64,000 nt of DNA from Anolis carolinensis. Its lineage: Eukaryota. The translations under genes were made by a program, and so were the position numbers. The notes below the pieces were generated by a model, which saw nothing but the letters and a program-made list of their open reading frames with translations, did not search any database and was not told where the DNA came from. Shown here in pieces: positions 1 through 13,103 of the stretch. The DNA is taken from positions 188,682,107-188,746,106 of the forward strand of contig NC_085844.1 in assembly GCF_035594765.1 (NCBI RefSeq), given 5' to 3'. How positions within the stretch are numbered: position 1 is the first letter of the stretch; each line of letters opens with the position of its first letter.

Positions 1-34
1 GGTGCAGACTTTAAAATAACTCTTCTTTGTTTAG

Positions 35-2348
35 GTTTTAGATCAACGGAAAAAATGGTGGCTTGCCAGAAATTCTGCAGGGGAGGAGGGTTATATCCCT
101 AACAACATTCTGGAACCTACAGATCAGATGGCACCTAAGGGAAATTACACAGAACAAGTAAGTACAATTCTTTGCTGTTCCATGTGCCATGGGAGCAACT
201 CAAAGAAATGATGCTAGAAGCTCGAAGGAGGTTCTTCTTCTTCTGTGTTATATTCAAACATATCTAAGTGCAGCTGTCCACCATTCAGGATAAGCAGTCT
301 AATGCAAAATCAGAAACAGTCTGAGACTCCAGCTAATATGACAAATGATCAGGGATTCTAGAAGTTGGAGGACCAGAGAACCAGAGGACCAAATATTGCA
401 AACTGCTTTGTTTTAGAAAAAAAAGGCTGTATCACTGTGTGCATCAGGCTCCTTGTTTTCAGTCATCCTGGTGCATCACTGAGGGATGCGCACAATAAAT
501 CCCTGCTAAGTCACATTTGTCAAAGTTCTAAATTATGCAAAATTAAGCATGTTTATTTTTTATTATACTGCTTCCATTAATTAGTCCTCTGGGACTAGAT
601 AATGGTTTTGATGATATAAACCATTTGCTATGAGATATCTTTCTCCTCAAATATCTGCATTCAGGTCTCAAGAGACTTCTCTGACCTCCACCCACGTTCC
701 TCACCAGCAGAAGTCACTGTTTGGCTCAGGACAAAAGGCTTCTCTAAGCTGTAGGTGTTGCTTTATCATTGTTAACTGTCATCAAGTTAGCTTCAACTTA
801 TAGCTACCCCATGAACGGGAAACCTCCAAGTCACCCGATTGTCAAGAGTCCCTGCTTAGGTTCTGCAGACTCAGGACCATGACTTCCTTTATTGAGTATT
901 TCCATCTGGAATGTGGTCTTCCACTTTTCCTGTTGCCTTCTAGCTGAGCAGGCATCCTTGTCTTTTCTGCACTGTACTGTATTGTAGCAATAGCTATTGG
1001 CCCCATACCTTTCTAAAATGCAGTAATGTATAATTCACAGTGGTATTGATTCTGCTCAAAGGCATCAAAATTCCCACCTATAGGCCTTTGACATTACATA
1101 AATACAGTGCTGTTTTCCATAACTTGAAGTTTACAAAAGGGCATTTAGAATTCTCATCCCATAGAGTTCCTCTGCTGCCTTGCAAAACTACAAACCCCAG
1201 GAGGCAGTCATAGCAGTTAAAGGGAAGTCATAGTGCTGGAACTGTGTGGTGTGCAGGGGTCCCTAGATTTGCAAAGCTTGAAAGCCCCATAGCCAGATTC
1301 TAATATTATCTGATTCTTTCGGTGTTGTGGGGAAAGTGTGGGAAGGATATTGCCCCTTTCATTGACATCATTCTTGTGCACTATATTCTAGGCTCCAACA
1401 TCCCCGTCCCAATTTTGACTACTGGTTTATTTCCTCCTCCTAGATCAGGGAGGGATCAAAAGCATGGTGAAATGGTTTTAATGCTCTGTAGAAGGGATAT
1501 TTGGGACCAAAAATGTTTTGCATCTGTTTTCAGAGTTGGGGTTAATATGGGTAGATCCTCCTGGAAGTACAATGCAGCCTTCTGACCCTGGCAGTTGCTT
1601 TCCCTTCCCTATCAGGATGGCAAGCTCTGTAGAGGCTAAAAAAGGCAAAAGAATGTGTGTCTACTCCTACCATCCACCATTTGTTCTACATTCAAACAAT
1701 ATAGAAATACATTACAGTCAAAGACAAGGGTGGAAAAATTCAGGATAGATGTTCTCCCCTAAACAAACATAGCCCTGTCTTCATCTTTCAACAGTACAGT
1801 TAAATCTCTTGGCATCCTTAATGGACAGCAACTTCTGTCAATGAGCCAAGAAGAACTGAAAACAGTCTGCCCGGAAGAAGGGAGACGTGTTTTCCTCAAG
1901 CTTTCAGCAGTTAAATCAACACTAAAGGTAAGATCCCTTCCAAAGCCAGGAAACCTGTTTGCCATATCCATCTGTTTTGTGACTAGAGAATGGCCAGAGG
2001 GGACATTGGACTGGAGAGAGTCCCACAGCTCGCTTCAGCTTCCCACTGAAGCAAATAAATTCAGAAGCAACACAGTATAAATTTGAAAGGTCGGGTGATC
2101 ATGTAGCCCTCCAGATGTTGTAGTAACTTTGTATTCAAACCACATGGGTCAGCACTAGTTTTGGTTTGTAACAGTGAGACCTGGATCCTCCTTCATCTGT
2201 GGGTAGGGTAATATGAATAGGGTCAATAAACATAGTGTTGCTGCAAAGGAGAATAACCTCCTACATGGCTAGAATGTGGTTAGGAATGATGAATACTTAC
2301 TCAGTTCTTACTACTAATACTTCTTTCTCTGCTTCCCTTTAACAGTAA
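35..2348 (+). CDS. EPS8L3: EPS8-like protein 3, 3' exons (SH3 C-terminal half and C-terminal SAM/PNT-like domain); gene starts upstream of window
   Basis: Phase-compatible AG/GT-bounded exons: 35-157 ([28 protein letters not shown]..., EPS8-family SH3 WW...GYIP motif), 665-750 (..[18 protein letters not shown]) and 1795-1927 ([33 protein letters not shown]..). The probable terminal exon begins at 2346 with TAA (uncertain). EPS8L3 neighbours the GSTM cluster in human. Confidence 0.88.
760..968 (-). mobile_element. Old RTE-clade LINE 3' fragment
   Basis: Resembles a squamate RTE 3' end (rev: ..aggaagaccacattccagatggaaatactcaataaagg..); recognition only. Confidence 0.35.
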
Positions 2349-3342
2349 GACCCACAGAAGTAATATTCTTCAGCAGTCTTCAGTCACTGTAGTTCACTTC
2401 TAAGAAATTGTCTCTGCTACCAGTAATGGTTTGCTTTTCCAGCACTTAACTTTGGATGGTTATTCTCATCTGTTAATATGACCTTTATTATACAGGATGC
2501 CCTTAGATGCGATTCAGAAAGCTTGCCCATTATAAGACTGGCAAGTGTCTCTTATTGTAAGGATGCCCCTTATTTTATTTTTATATAGCTTGAATAGAGA
2601 TGTTTAAAAATCCTGTAGTTTGTAATTCAGTAAAGACAAAAATGGAAGCATCATGTAATTTATCGATGTGGACAACATGTTTATTTGACTGAGATACATG
2701 GATAAGTTAATTGAAACCAAATGCTTTTATTTAATATATAGATAGAATTGTTGTGGATACATCTCAACTTGTATTCCTGGATTTCATGGATTAAATGTTC
2801 ATATCCCTAATTGCTATTTTAAGCCTGGCAACACTAATTTGCAGATATATATATACAGAGCTACAGAACCTGGAAAAGCTAATTTTAAAATAACTCCCTA
2901 AATTCCCCAGGTAGGATAGTTAGTGATCAATCTAGCTTGAGGTGGGGGCTATTATCGTCTCAAACAGTAGCATTTCCAAGTACCGTGTCTCATTATTAAA
3001 GGGAAATAAATTGCAAAGAGAGGGGCAAGCAGGCCATAGTGATATTTCTAAAATATTTCAAATGCTGTATATAATGTTTTAAAAGACATTGTCCATTTAT
3101 TATAGCAATTGATTAGTTAGCTTTACAGGATTCATTGTAGTAACTTTAAACTCAATAGTTTGTGAGAGAGTTTGAAGTAATAAGGAAGAGATTTACCAAA
3201 TTCTAATCTAGCAATTGCAAAATATCTGTTCAGTGTTAATTTGCAGGAGAAAGTTGACTTTGAGATTATTTGGTGTTCAGGAAGTTCATGGTTTTCTCAG
3301 TAGCTTTAAAATATTTGTTTTATTTGTGCAGTACTTGTGTCC

Positions 3343-3348
3343 AATAAA
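3343..3348 (+). terminator. Probable polyadenylation signal of EPS8L3
   Basis: AATAAA followed ~25 nt later by a GT-rich tract (tgtttgtgttt); alternative AATAAA at 3005-3010. Confidence 0.4.
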
Positions 3349-3590
3349 TCTATTAAGCTGTTTAAGATATGTTTGTGTTTAATTGCCTAATATGGCTATC
3401 ACTCCAGAACTATTTCAAGAACACTTACAAAACAACATGTTTCAGAGATACAGAGCTTGGGAATGTTCCTGTTTGGACTACAAGTCCCAGAACCTTAAAA
3501 CAGCATAGCTTAATAACAATAAATATGTGAACGCATACATAAAGTATCAGGACACGTCAGGGAAGAAAAGCAAGACTGGATTTTTGTGCG

Positions 3591-3917
3591 AGGTAAAAGG
3601 TAAAGGTTTCCCCTGACGTTAAGTCCAGTCATGTCTGACTCTGGGGATTGGTGCTCATTTCCATTTCTAAGCCGAAGAGCCGGCATTGTCCATAGACACC
3701 TCCAAGGTCATGTGGCCGGCATGACTGCATGGAGCGCCGTTACCTTCCCACCGGAGCGGTACTTATTGATCTACTCACATTGGCATGTTTTCGAACTGCT
3801 AGGTTGGCAGAAGCTGGAGCTAACAGCGGCCGCTCACTCCGCACCCAGGATTTGAACCTGGGACCTTTCGGTCTGCAAGTTCAGCAGCTTAGTGCTTTAA
3901 CACACTTCGCCACTGGG
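3591..3917 (-). mobile_element. Sauria SINE
   Basis: tRNA-derived head (box B GTTCAAATC on - strand), conserved Sauria core, (ACCTTT)n-type tail; multiple copies in window. Confidence 0.85.
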
Positions 3918-3990
3918 ACGAGAATGCAATGCAATGCAATTCTAGTATGGAAAATAAAGGCATCCTATTTTTGAATTCTAAGTGTATGCT

Positions 3991-4257
3991 TACTGCAAGT
4001 CGCTTCTGGTTACAAAGGGCTACAAAGTGGAGTTCGTGACATGCGAGTGTGGAGAAGTGCAAACCACAGACCACTTACTACAATGCAACCTGAGCCCTGC
4101 CACATGCACAATGGAGGACCATCTCATAGTGACACCAGAGGCACTCCAAATGGCCAGCTTTTGGTCAAAGGAAATCTAGTATAATGCCAAGTTTTTAACT
4201 TTGTTTGTTTTTAAATGCATTATAACTGTATCTTCAGTGCGCTTCTGACATGATAAA
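3991..4257 (+). mobile_element. Vingi-type non-LTR retrotransposon, 5'-truncated 3' end
   Basis: ORF tail CECGEVQTTDHLLQC (C-C-H-C zinc motif), TSD aagtgtatgct at 3980-3990/4258-4268; homologous to 52672-52968. Confidence 0.7.
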
Positions 4258-5834
4258 AAGTGTATGCTCTCCTTCCCACTATTTTGAACTTGGTGCCAAA
4301 GCTGGTTTGGAGAAATCAAAATAGAAAGTGCATTCTGTGCATTTTTGGATCAGCCCACCTCTGATTCCAGGAATTTCTTCAGGTATTTCCACATATTTTA
4401 CATCTTCTCCTTCAAGCTGGATGGAGAAGAAGCTTGTTTGATTATAAGTAAAGTAAAATTACCTGTAATCTTCTGAATTTGATCATTATATAGCTTTTCT
4501 TATGCTTTTTGACTAATGGACTAGGCAGAGTACAGATGGGATGTAGGAAAGAAGGAAAAGCAGCAGTCAAAATCATGTAGGTTAGTAAAATTGTAATGTA
4601 TAATTTTGATCTAAGTTATAAATATTGTATCACTATGCAGTAGCAGTATGGAGCCAAATGTGGCATAGTAGTTTGTGAGCTGGACTATGACTTTCAAAAA
4701 GGACTGGAATCCCTGCTCAGCCATGAAAGTCCTCTGGGTGACCTTAGCTAAGCCACATGCTCATAGTCTCAAGTACCCAGTGATAGGTTTGCTTTGCGGT
4801 TGCCACAAGTCAAAAATGACTCAAAGGTACACAACTAACAAACTGTTCAACATTATCCCATCCTGTACAAGATGATCAAAAGGCCAGTCTCTACTGTTAC
4901 ATTTACCTGCAAGTAAGCACTGATGCTGTGAGTTTGCAAACAGTAAGTCATAATAAGCATATTTAGCACACATTAGTAGTAGTGCTTTTTCAGAAGCCAG
5001 TCCTTAAGTGGGTGAAGCTGTTTGGTGAGAAGTTCTACAATAGAGAGTAAATTCAAGGTGGAGGAACTGTCCACTTCAAAGCCCCGACAGGCATAGCAGA
5101 TAGTGATGAGAGATGTCCCCCAACATCCAGGTTTCTTTCTTTCTTTTTTTTGAAGTTCTCCTCGAGGAAAGTGATCCTACAAAGAGGAACTCCAGCTTCC
5201 TGTTCTTGGCACACACCAAGAGAATAGGAGAGTTATGGATCCAGCATGTAATGTGTTCATGTCCTAATCTCTCCCCAGCATGCCTTCATTTTTCTAACAA
5301 AAGCACCACAATAACTTTGAAGTTTATGAAGGCAGCTTTTTCACTCAGGGATTCCTCCCTCCATGGGAAAAGGTAGGAACATGTGGCATTCTGGATTTTA
5401 AGGAATTGTAACTCTCACCATTGGCTATGATGGTCATGGCTCCTGAGAATCAAAAACATTTGAAGGGCCTCATTTTGCCCATCCCTGCCATATAGCAGCT
5501 GATACCATGAAATTACGATATTGATCTTATGCTTGAAATTAGTTTTGGCATTAACACTTGTGTGTCTTTGTACATAGTAGAATGGGGGGAAAGAAGTAGC
5601 TGCAAAGGTAATTTGCAAATTTGATCCTCCAGTCTGAACTGAAGTGGGAAATATTTGCTTCTGAGGGGCTCCATAGTTACCTCCTCCTCTTCCTCCCTCC
5701 AAGCTTTCCTTCCTCTTTTCTGTTTCTTTCCCTCCACTTGCCTCCCTTGGCACCAAAAACCCTTTTTTCAGGGGATGCTTTGTGCTTTTCCTGCATGGCA
5801 AAAGGGAGCTGAACTGGATGCCCCCTGGAGTTTC

Positions 5835-5870
<36 letters not shown>

Positions 5871-5910
<40 letters not shown>

Positions 5911-6040
5911 TTATTATGACACAGCAAACAAGATAGACATGCTGGATTTCATATCACAAAATCACAAGTCGAACACTTCCCAAGTGTCTAGGACTGTGTG
6001 ATGTATTTTCGGATGATGCACGCAGATCCCAGTAGGGTGC
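5871..6040 (-). mobile_element. R4/Dong-type retrotransposon 3' fragment with (TAA)n tail
   Basis: Near-identical to the 3' end of the element at 29506-30606. Confidence 0.75.
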
Positions 6041-6486
6041 ATTGCTACTACTACTGCTACTACTACTACTACAAAGGCAGGGTGGCCATCTGTCCGGGGT
6101 ACTTTGATTGTGCTTTTCCTGCATGGCAGAAGAGGGTTGGAATGGATGGCCCCTGGGGTCTTCCACTTAAATACTGTTAAGTTTAATCGCTCATATTTTT
6201 TCAATTAGTTTACACAAACACTCTCCATCCAGCTGCCATTGGTCTGGCCCATCTGTCAAATTTTAAACACAATGCATCAAAAAGTTTGACCATGCCTGAT
6301 ATATATACATTATAAATAATAATTAATATAATATATAAAAACATTTCTTGGGGCTCCACAAGAAATTTTTGCCTCAAAAAGGGCTCCGTGGCTGAAAGAG
6401 TTTGAGAACCCTTTCTATATCTACGTAGTGAAAAAACAGAATAAGACAATAAGCCACAACAGCAATACCAATTCAGTCCAAGAATC

Positions 6487-6492
6487 TTTATT
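6487..6492 (-). terminator. polyA signal of GSTM-A
   Basis: AATAAA on - strand ~160 nt after the TAG stop. Confidence 0.6.
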
Positions 6493-6652
6493 AGCTGCTA
6501 CAGCCTTCAAAATAGAAAAGCTTCAACCATCATTCTACAGAAATACAGCATCAAATTCTAGGGGGGGGGGGGACCATCTGTCTATCAAATAAACTCTAAC
6601 ACCAAAAAAGCAAGGTACCATCCAGCATCAGAAAGCTTTCGCCCTGCTTTTT

Positions 6653-9600
6653 CTACTCTTTCTTGTTACACCATTTGGCCATTTTGTTATTAATGGGAGT
6701 CTTCATAAATCGGCTGGAGCTCATGTAGGCTGCAATTTTCTCCAAGGCCTGAGAAAACAAAAAATTGAGTGTTTCAGAAAACAAGGTGGGGAGAAAAAGA
6801 ATTTGCAACAGGTCAAAAGCTGAAAATACTACAGAAAAAGGAAAGTTTTTCCAGCCAGGTTGAGTTTGCTCATAGGCTATATTAAAACACAAATTCTAGA
6901 ACACCCTTCCTGAGTGTATTGCCCCACATATATTCTGGACCACAACCTTTGGCCAAACCCTCACAAGGACATGAGGTCTGAGAAGGCTTCAACCTATGGC
7001 TCCGAGAACAGCTCCTTTGTTCAAACTTGCTAACGGTGCATCAGATTTTTACCAGTTTGTCTTAGGCCTTGGATTTACTCCTATTTAAGACACCATCTCC
7101 ACAAATTGGCTTTTTCCTCACCTTTTCATGACATTGGTATAGGACATGAATAGAGAACCAGGCCCTCCTGTTGTCATATGACTGTAACTCCCCTCATTTT
7201 TGATCATGCAGCTGGATTTGATGGGAATTTGAGTCCACCAACACATGGAAGGCTGGAGTGTATGTGTGACTGGCATAAAATTTATTCCAAAATGATAATG
7301 CTCAGAGACTTCACCTGATAAAAGGGAAATCTCCCAGCTCTGCTACTCATGAAAAAGGCACTGCCCCTATCCAAGCAACTTTGGTGGACTACAACAGGGA
7401 GCAATAGATTCAAATTTCAGGGGGGGAAAAGATTCCACCTAAACATTAGGACTAACTTCCTGATGGTAAGACATTTTTTGCAACATGCTGCCTCAGAGTG
7501 TGGTAGACTATCTTTCTCTGGAGGTTTTTAAGCAGAGGCTGAATGGCCATCTGTCAAGGGTGCTTTGATTCTGTGTCCCTGCATGGCAGAGGGCTGGGCT
7601 GGATGGCCATGTGGTCTTTTCCAACTTTATGATTCTACGATTCTACAAAGTTGGTACAGAAACCAATCCATACTTTCTACACAGTAAGTTGGTGGCACTA
7701 AGGCTTTATAGATTGCAATAAGTAAGTTCTCCCAACTGCCAACAACTGTGTTACTACAGGAAAAAGCTCATTAAACAAAAGGATAAAAGTGAAATTACCA
7801 CCAGGCCCATTTAGAACAAAGCACATTTTAACAACCTGCCTGAAGCATTTGTGTACCTAAAGGAAACAGACAATATTTCTCACATATTCTTGTCTTTGCC
7901 AGCTTAGACAGCTGCTCCAGCCATTTTGGAACCTTGCTGTCTGTTAATCTGTCGGTGGCTGCTTGCCAGGAAATAACAAACCCCATCACAAGATGCACAA
8001 AATGACCGGCAAACAATCACATATCTCAAAGCCAAAACTAACCTCAAAATGGGTGAGAAAATCCTGAAGGTTCTTAAACTGATCAAGGCACTTAGGCTCA
8101 AACATGCGGTTTTGATCCAGGACGTCATACATGAGGAAGTCAACAAACGTGATCTGGAAAAAATCAAAGAGCATTAGTGATACTCCAGAAGGACTGAGCC
8201 TACTCTTGGGTAAAACCAGGTCTGAATATGCACATACCTTGTCACCAGCAAACCACTTTCTGTCCCCTAAGAACTGAGAAAACAATTTCAACTTCCCTGG
8301 CAGTTGCTCCAAGTATCCAGGTTTTAATTTTTCCTAAAAAGAGAACCAAAAAACCCAGGAAAAAATCAATGTACTATTTAAATAGAAGACTGTAACCCCT
8401 TATCTTAGAAATAATTATGGAAGACTAATGGCTGGAAAGTATTGCACTGTATGCAACAAACACTCGCAAATGTATGTATATTTGAAATATATATATACAT
8501 ACACACATACACATAAATCAATGAGGAATAAACTGTTTCCATGGCTAAAATTAAAAAGAACTTCTACTGTCCAATGTGCCTATGGAATTAGGAATAATCA
8601 ACAGCTAAGATACCAGAGTGAGGCAAAATGACTCTAGGAGAAAGTTCTTGAGTGATTCCAATAAACTTCTTTGGAAAAGAGTTATTGCTGAGAAGCTTCT
8701 ATTCCTAACAGCCCAAAAATGTCATTCCTCTGGCAAACTGTTTCTGCCATTACAGCAACATTCAAAGGAATGTTCTATTATTTATTTATTTGTTGGCTTA
8801 CTTTATTATTTAAGATGTTTTTACCCCGCCTTTCTCCACAAGCAGACTCAAGGCGGCTTACAACAGAATAAAACCATACAATACAAAGTTAAAACATGGT
8901 TAAAATCACATATTTGTAAATCCGTTGTTTCACACAACAGTCATGATTGCTGTGTGTAATTTTTGTTTCCTAAAGAGGGAGGGTGGCACACACATGCTTT
9001 AAATATCTTGGTCTTCTGAGACTCTTATCACAATCCCCAGAAACAGATGTGTGTGCATCACTTCATGCTTCGGGTAGAAGAAACAGCGCTGTACACGGTG
9101 GACGTGTTTACTGCATAAAACATGGATTATAATTCCTTTTGCAGATGTTGCAAAGACCTGCTTCTTCTCCTCTGGCTCAGTACAGTAGGTGTAAATGGTG
9201 GGAAGCAGTACAACTTACAAAATCAGGATTGTAGCAGATCATCACAAGGCTCATGCGGAAATCCATCACCTGATTCTCCAGCATGTCCACTCTCATTATT
9301 TCCTCTTCGGTTTCTCCACCTAGAGCCAACACACAGAGATGAGAAATCATGGGGAGAAGTAAGCAGGTTTTCCCAGTCCAGACCCCAGGAGAACTCAGCC
9401 ATACTTACAAAGCTTATGTTTGCGTGCAATGTACCGGAGAATGGCATTACTTTGTGTGAGCTTGGTCTTGCCATCAATTAGGTAAGGAAGCTGGAAAACA
9501 CAGAGAGAGATCAGCTCAAGGCCAAATCCTTGCCTTGTGCTTCCAAGTTCACTCTTAATGACCCATTCAGTCTATTCATAATTGTTCCTCAGCCCCTTCT

Positions 9601-12600
9601 TTTCATTTAAAGTTGTACACATGACTACCACTGAGAGTAGCCTGTTTCTTCCCATTCGGAATTCATGGATAAACAAAAGAGATGGCATTTCTCTGTATAA
9701 TATTATAAATACAGTCACTTACATTAGGAAAATCCAGTCCCAGTTTTTCCTTTTCATTGATCCATTGACTCTTATCATAGTCAGGAGCTGAGGGAGAAAT
9801 AAGAGGTATTAAATTCAGGCATAGAAAATCTATGTCCATCATGTTGCCAAGTCTACAACTGGAGTTTGGATCCAGGAAAAGCTAATTCAGAAATGACCCC
9901 TATTTCATTTATTTCTCAGTTAACTTGGTTATACCATGCTGTAAATGCTGGAGTAAATTCTTCTTCTTTTGTCAGGAAGCTATTAAACACATGTTGGCCT
10001 GCTGACAGCCTTGTGGCAAGCACTGCTGTAGTTGGTAATAAACTCAGACAGACTTGAATGCCACCAGTAGCCTCATTAACTTGCTATCTTAGAATATTAA
10101 AAACCAGAGGGCATTCCACAAGAGTAGTTTAGGTGGAGCTGTTCTTTGCTGCCCTCATTTTCAATCTAGACCACCTAGGTTTTGAGAAAATAACTTGGCA
10201 AGAGAAAGCCACAATGTGACAAACAGCAAGGTTGGAGCTGGGATGCTTCGGAGACAAAGGCTCCATTATGCTCTCTCACAGGGCGCACTGAGGACATTTT
10301 TCCAGACAATCTATTCTTTAGCACACAGCAAGTGATTATCACTGCACATTTTCCAATGGAGACAACTTGCTTAAAGTGAGTCGTTCAGCTGCAAGGATGG
10401 CATATTCACTCACCACTGAAAATGTATTATGCTATAATTGGGGAAATCTCCTCGCCTCATTCAAGAAGAGTCACCATATGGAACACATTATGTATCATGT
10501 GACATGGTGACCCCTGAAAGACCCCATCACCATACATTTGGGGTTATTTTTAAAGAAGACTACAACATCAGGGTCACTCTCCAGTGAATTGATACCATAC
10601 TAATTTGCTTAATATACACAGCAATCTTGTGTACTATCATTCTAGAAATAATCAAATAAAAATATCATCTCCTCTTTACCTAAAACAGGATTCAAAAAGG
10701 CTTATAAATTAAAACAAGTAGAATGAACTGTATTTCAAACAAGTGGTATAATTTTTATACTGTGCAACTGAGTAATACTGTAATCTGGGGACCTCTGGAG
10801 AAGTTACCCAGTTTTAGTTCAAGACCAGTCTCCAAATGAAACAGTAGCATTAATCTCCAAGATAGTAACCCAAGATCCTTGGGGAGTGAATTACACTGGC
10901 TATATTGAACTGGCAAGTGACAGGGAACCAACAGATATTAATTATATTTTCTAGTGATCTTGAAAGGTCTATTTTAAACATTTTGTTACAGCAGGGGTAA
11001 GGATTATATGGTCCTCCAGAAGTTAGTTCTTTTTAGAACACTCAGTGGTGAGTCATACTACAGTTCAGCGACATCTGGAGGGCTACGCAATTCCTGCCTC
11101 CGTCTCTAATATGTTTCTGAAGATAACTTTTATGTTCTCACCATACTCCAAGCCAATTCAAATGTTGTTCCAGGAGGCTCAATAATGAATTGCTGATGCT
11201 ATTTCTCCAGGAGACTTTAGCCCTGAGCTACCTTCAACTCTCTTCAGACTGCAGAATCATGGCAATTTCAAACATTAAGCAGATGCTTCCTGCACACTTG
11301 GATCTAGACACCTGTTTCTCTCCATAAAGAAAAGTAGGCTAGTTATATATATGATACTTAGTACATCAAAATCCATCCCTGTCATATTATTGAGCAATAC
11401 AACCAATATCTACTAGCAGATTTTTTTTTCCAAAGGAAGAAGTAAAGCAGAGCATAGAGTCTGCATTATTAGATACCAAAATGACACTCTTCCGATAATA
11501 CAGGTGCATATCATTTGGCACAAGCCTCTCCACTGACACCACTTTACAACCTTACAGACTTTCAAAATTTGCAGAGGTTAAGCAAAAAAAAAAAATCACT
11601 TTGGGGGTAACCAAAAACATAGGATACAGTTTCTATATCTAACTTGCTTAGAATGCCTTTATCCAAATGGGCTAGGAGTTACCAGGAAATTATGAATAAA
11701 CTAGCAATTTTCATTCCTGGTTGTAAACTGGGGGCAATGGGAGAAAGACTGTAGCACATACTCAGTTGAGCAATACAAACCTTCTCCGCAGCTGTATAAT
11801 TTATCTTCAAAGGCTGTGCCTGTGTATTCTAGTAGCAAGCGGATGCTATGAGCAAGCTGAAAGAAACAAAGGATAATGTTCAATGAGAAGTTAGCACATA
11901 CAGGTTTCAGGGTTTACAATCCTTTAAAGACGACACTGTACTGAAAAGAAATTGAGAATTCTCAAACTTACTTTGCGTAATTACTAACTGCATTGTGTTT
12001 ACAACTGTCATTACTCTAAACTCCCTTCTGTCCTTTCCAATGCTTCTGGTTAAACCCATCTCTCTGTGTTAGTACAGTCCTTCCCTTTGTCAAAATCCCT
12101 CTGTACTTAGGGCTGATCTCATACCTGAAGAAATACTGAGACTTACTTCTCTTTGCAAGATGAAAGCGCACAAACTTGAAATAGTATAATTATTTGCCTG
12201 TTGTACACAACCCACTGTGCACCTCTGGCTGCTTTTAAGAGAACTTGAACATACTTTTTCTCCCTCTGGTTGTTAACTGAAGAGATTTTATAGTGTTTGC
12301 ATTTATTGCAACAGCTTTTTTTATTAAAAAAAGAAAGAAAGAAAGAAGTGCTCAGATGTCGTGTTTTGATCTTTTTCTACTATAATCTATTTTAGGAAGG
12401 CCACAACTTTGAAGTATAGTTATCAAATATCTGAAATTAAAAACAAACAAATGCACAAGTTGTATGTTTACCATCACCCCTAAAGAGAAGAGAGAAGAAA
12501 AATCTGAGAAAACAAAACTGCATTCTACACCCTTGTTTGAGGAAGAACACATGGAAAAACAGAGGAGTTACAGGGGGAAACTAAGATATGAACTTCATCT

Positions 12601-13058
12601 CACTGGAGTTTGGATCCACTTTAAATCCACTTTAGGGAGAGGCCTTTAAACAGCTCAGACAGACAGGTCTCGGGCCTCACAAATCTACAAACCCTAGAAT
12701 TCTGCAGGAGTCAGAAACCGGATTTAAAGTGGACAAATGCTCAAGTGTGATGATACACTTCTGCTTTCTCTCTAATAACTGGATTTTCTAAGAAATAAGC
12801 TCTTCAGCAATCAGGCAAATTAAATCAATTTGTTTCTAAGCTGCAGCAACCCTAAGACAAACCTATCACGGGTTTTCCTTTCACGAGTTTGTTTAGAGGG
12901 GGTATTGCTGCTGCCTGAAAGAAAACCATTTTCCCCAAATCATCTTTCAGGTTGCATGGCAAAACAAGAATGAAACTTAGTCATCACTAAATAACCTCCT
13001 TCCTCGTTGCGTCTCTTCAAATGTTAAAATGCAAGTTTCAAAATTATGATTGCTTTTA

Positions 13059-13103
<45 letters not shown>

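Noticed and set aside
5415-5936. ORFs with poly-Ile/Asn/Tyr
   Set aside because: Translations of the (AAT)n/(TAT)n microsatellite
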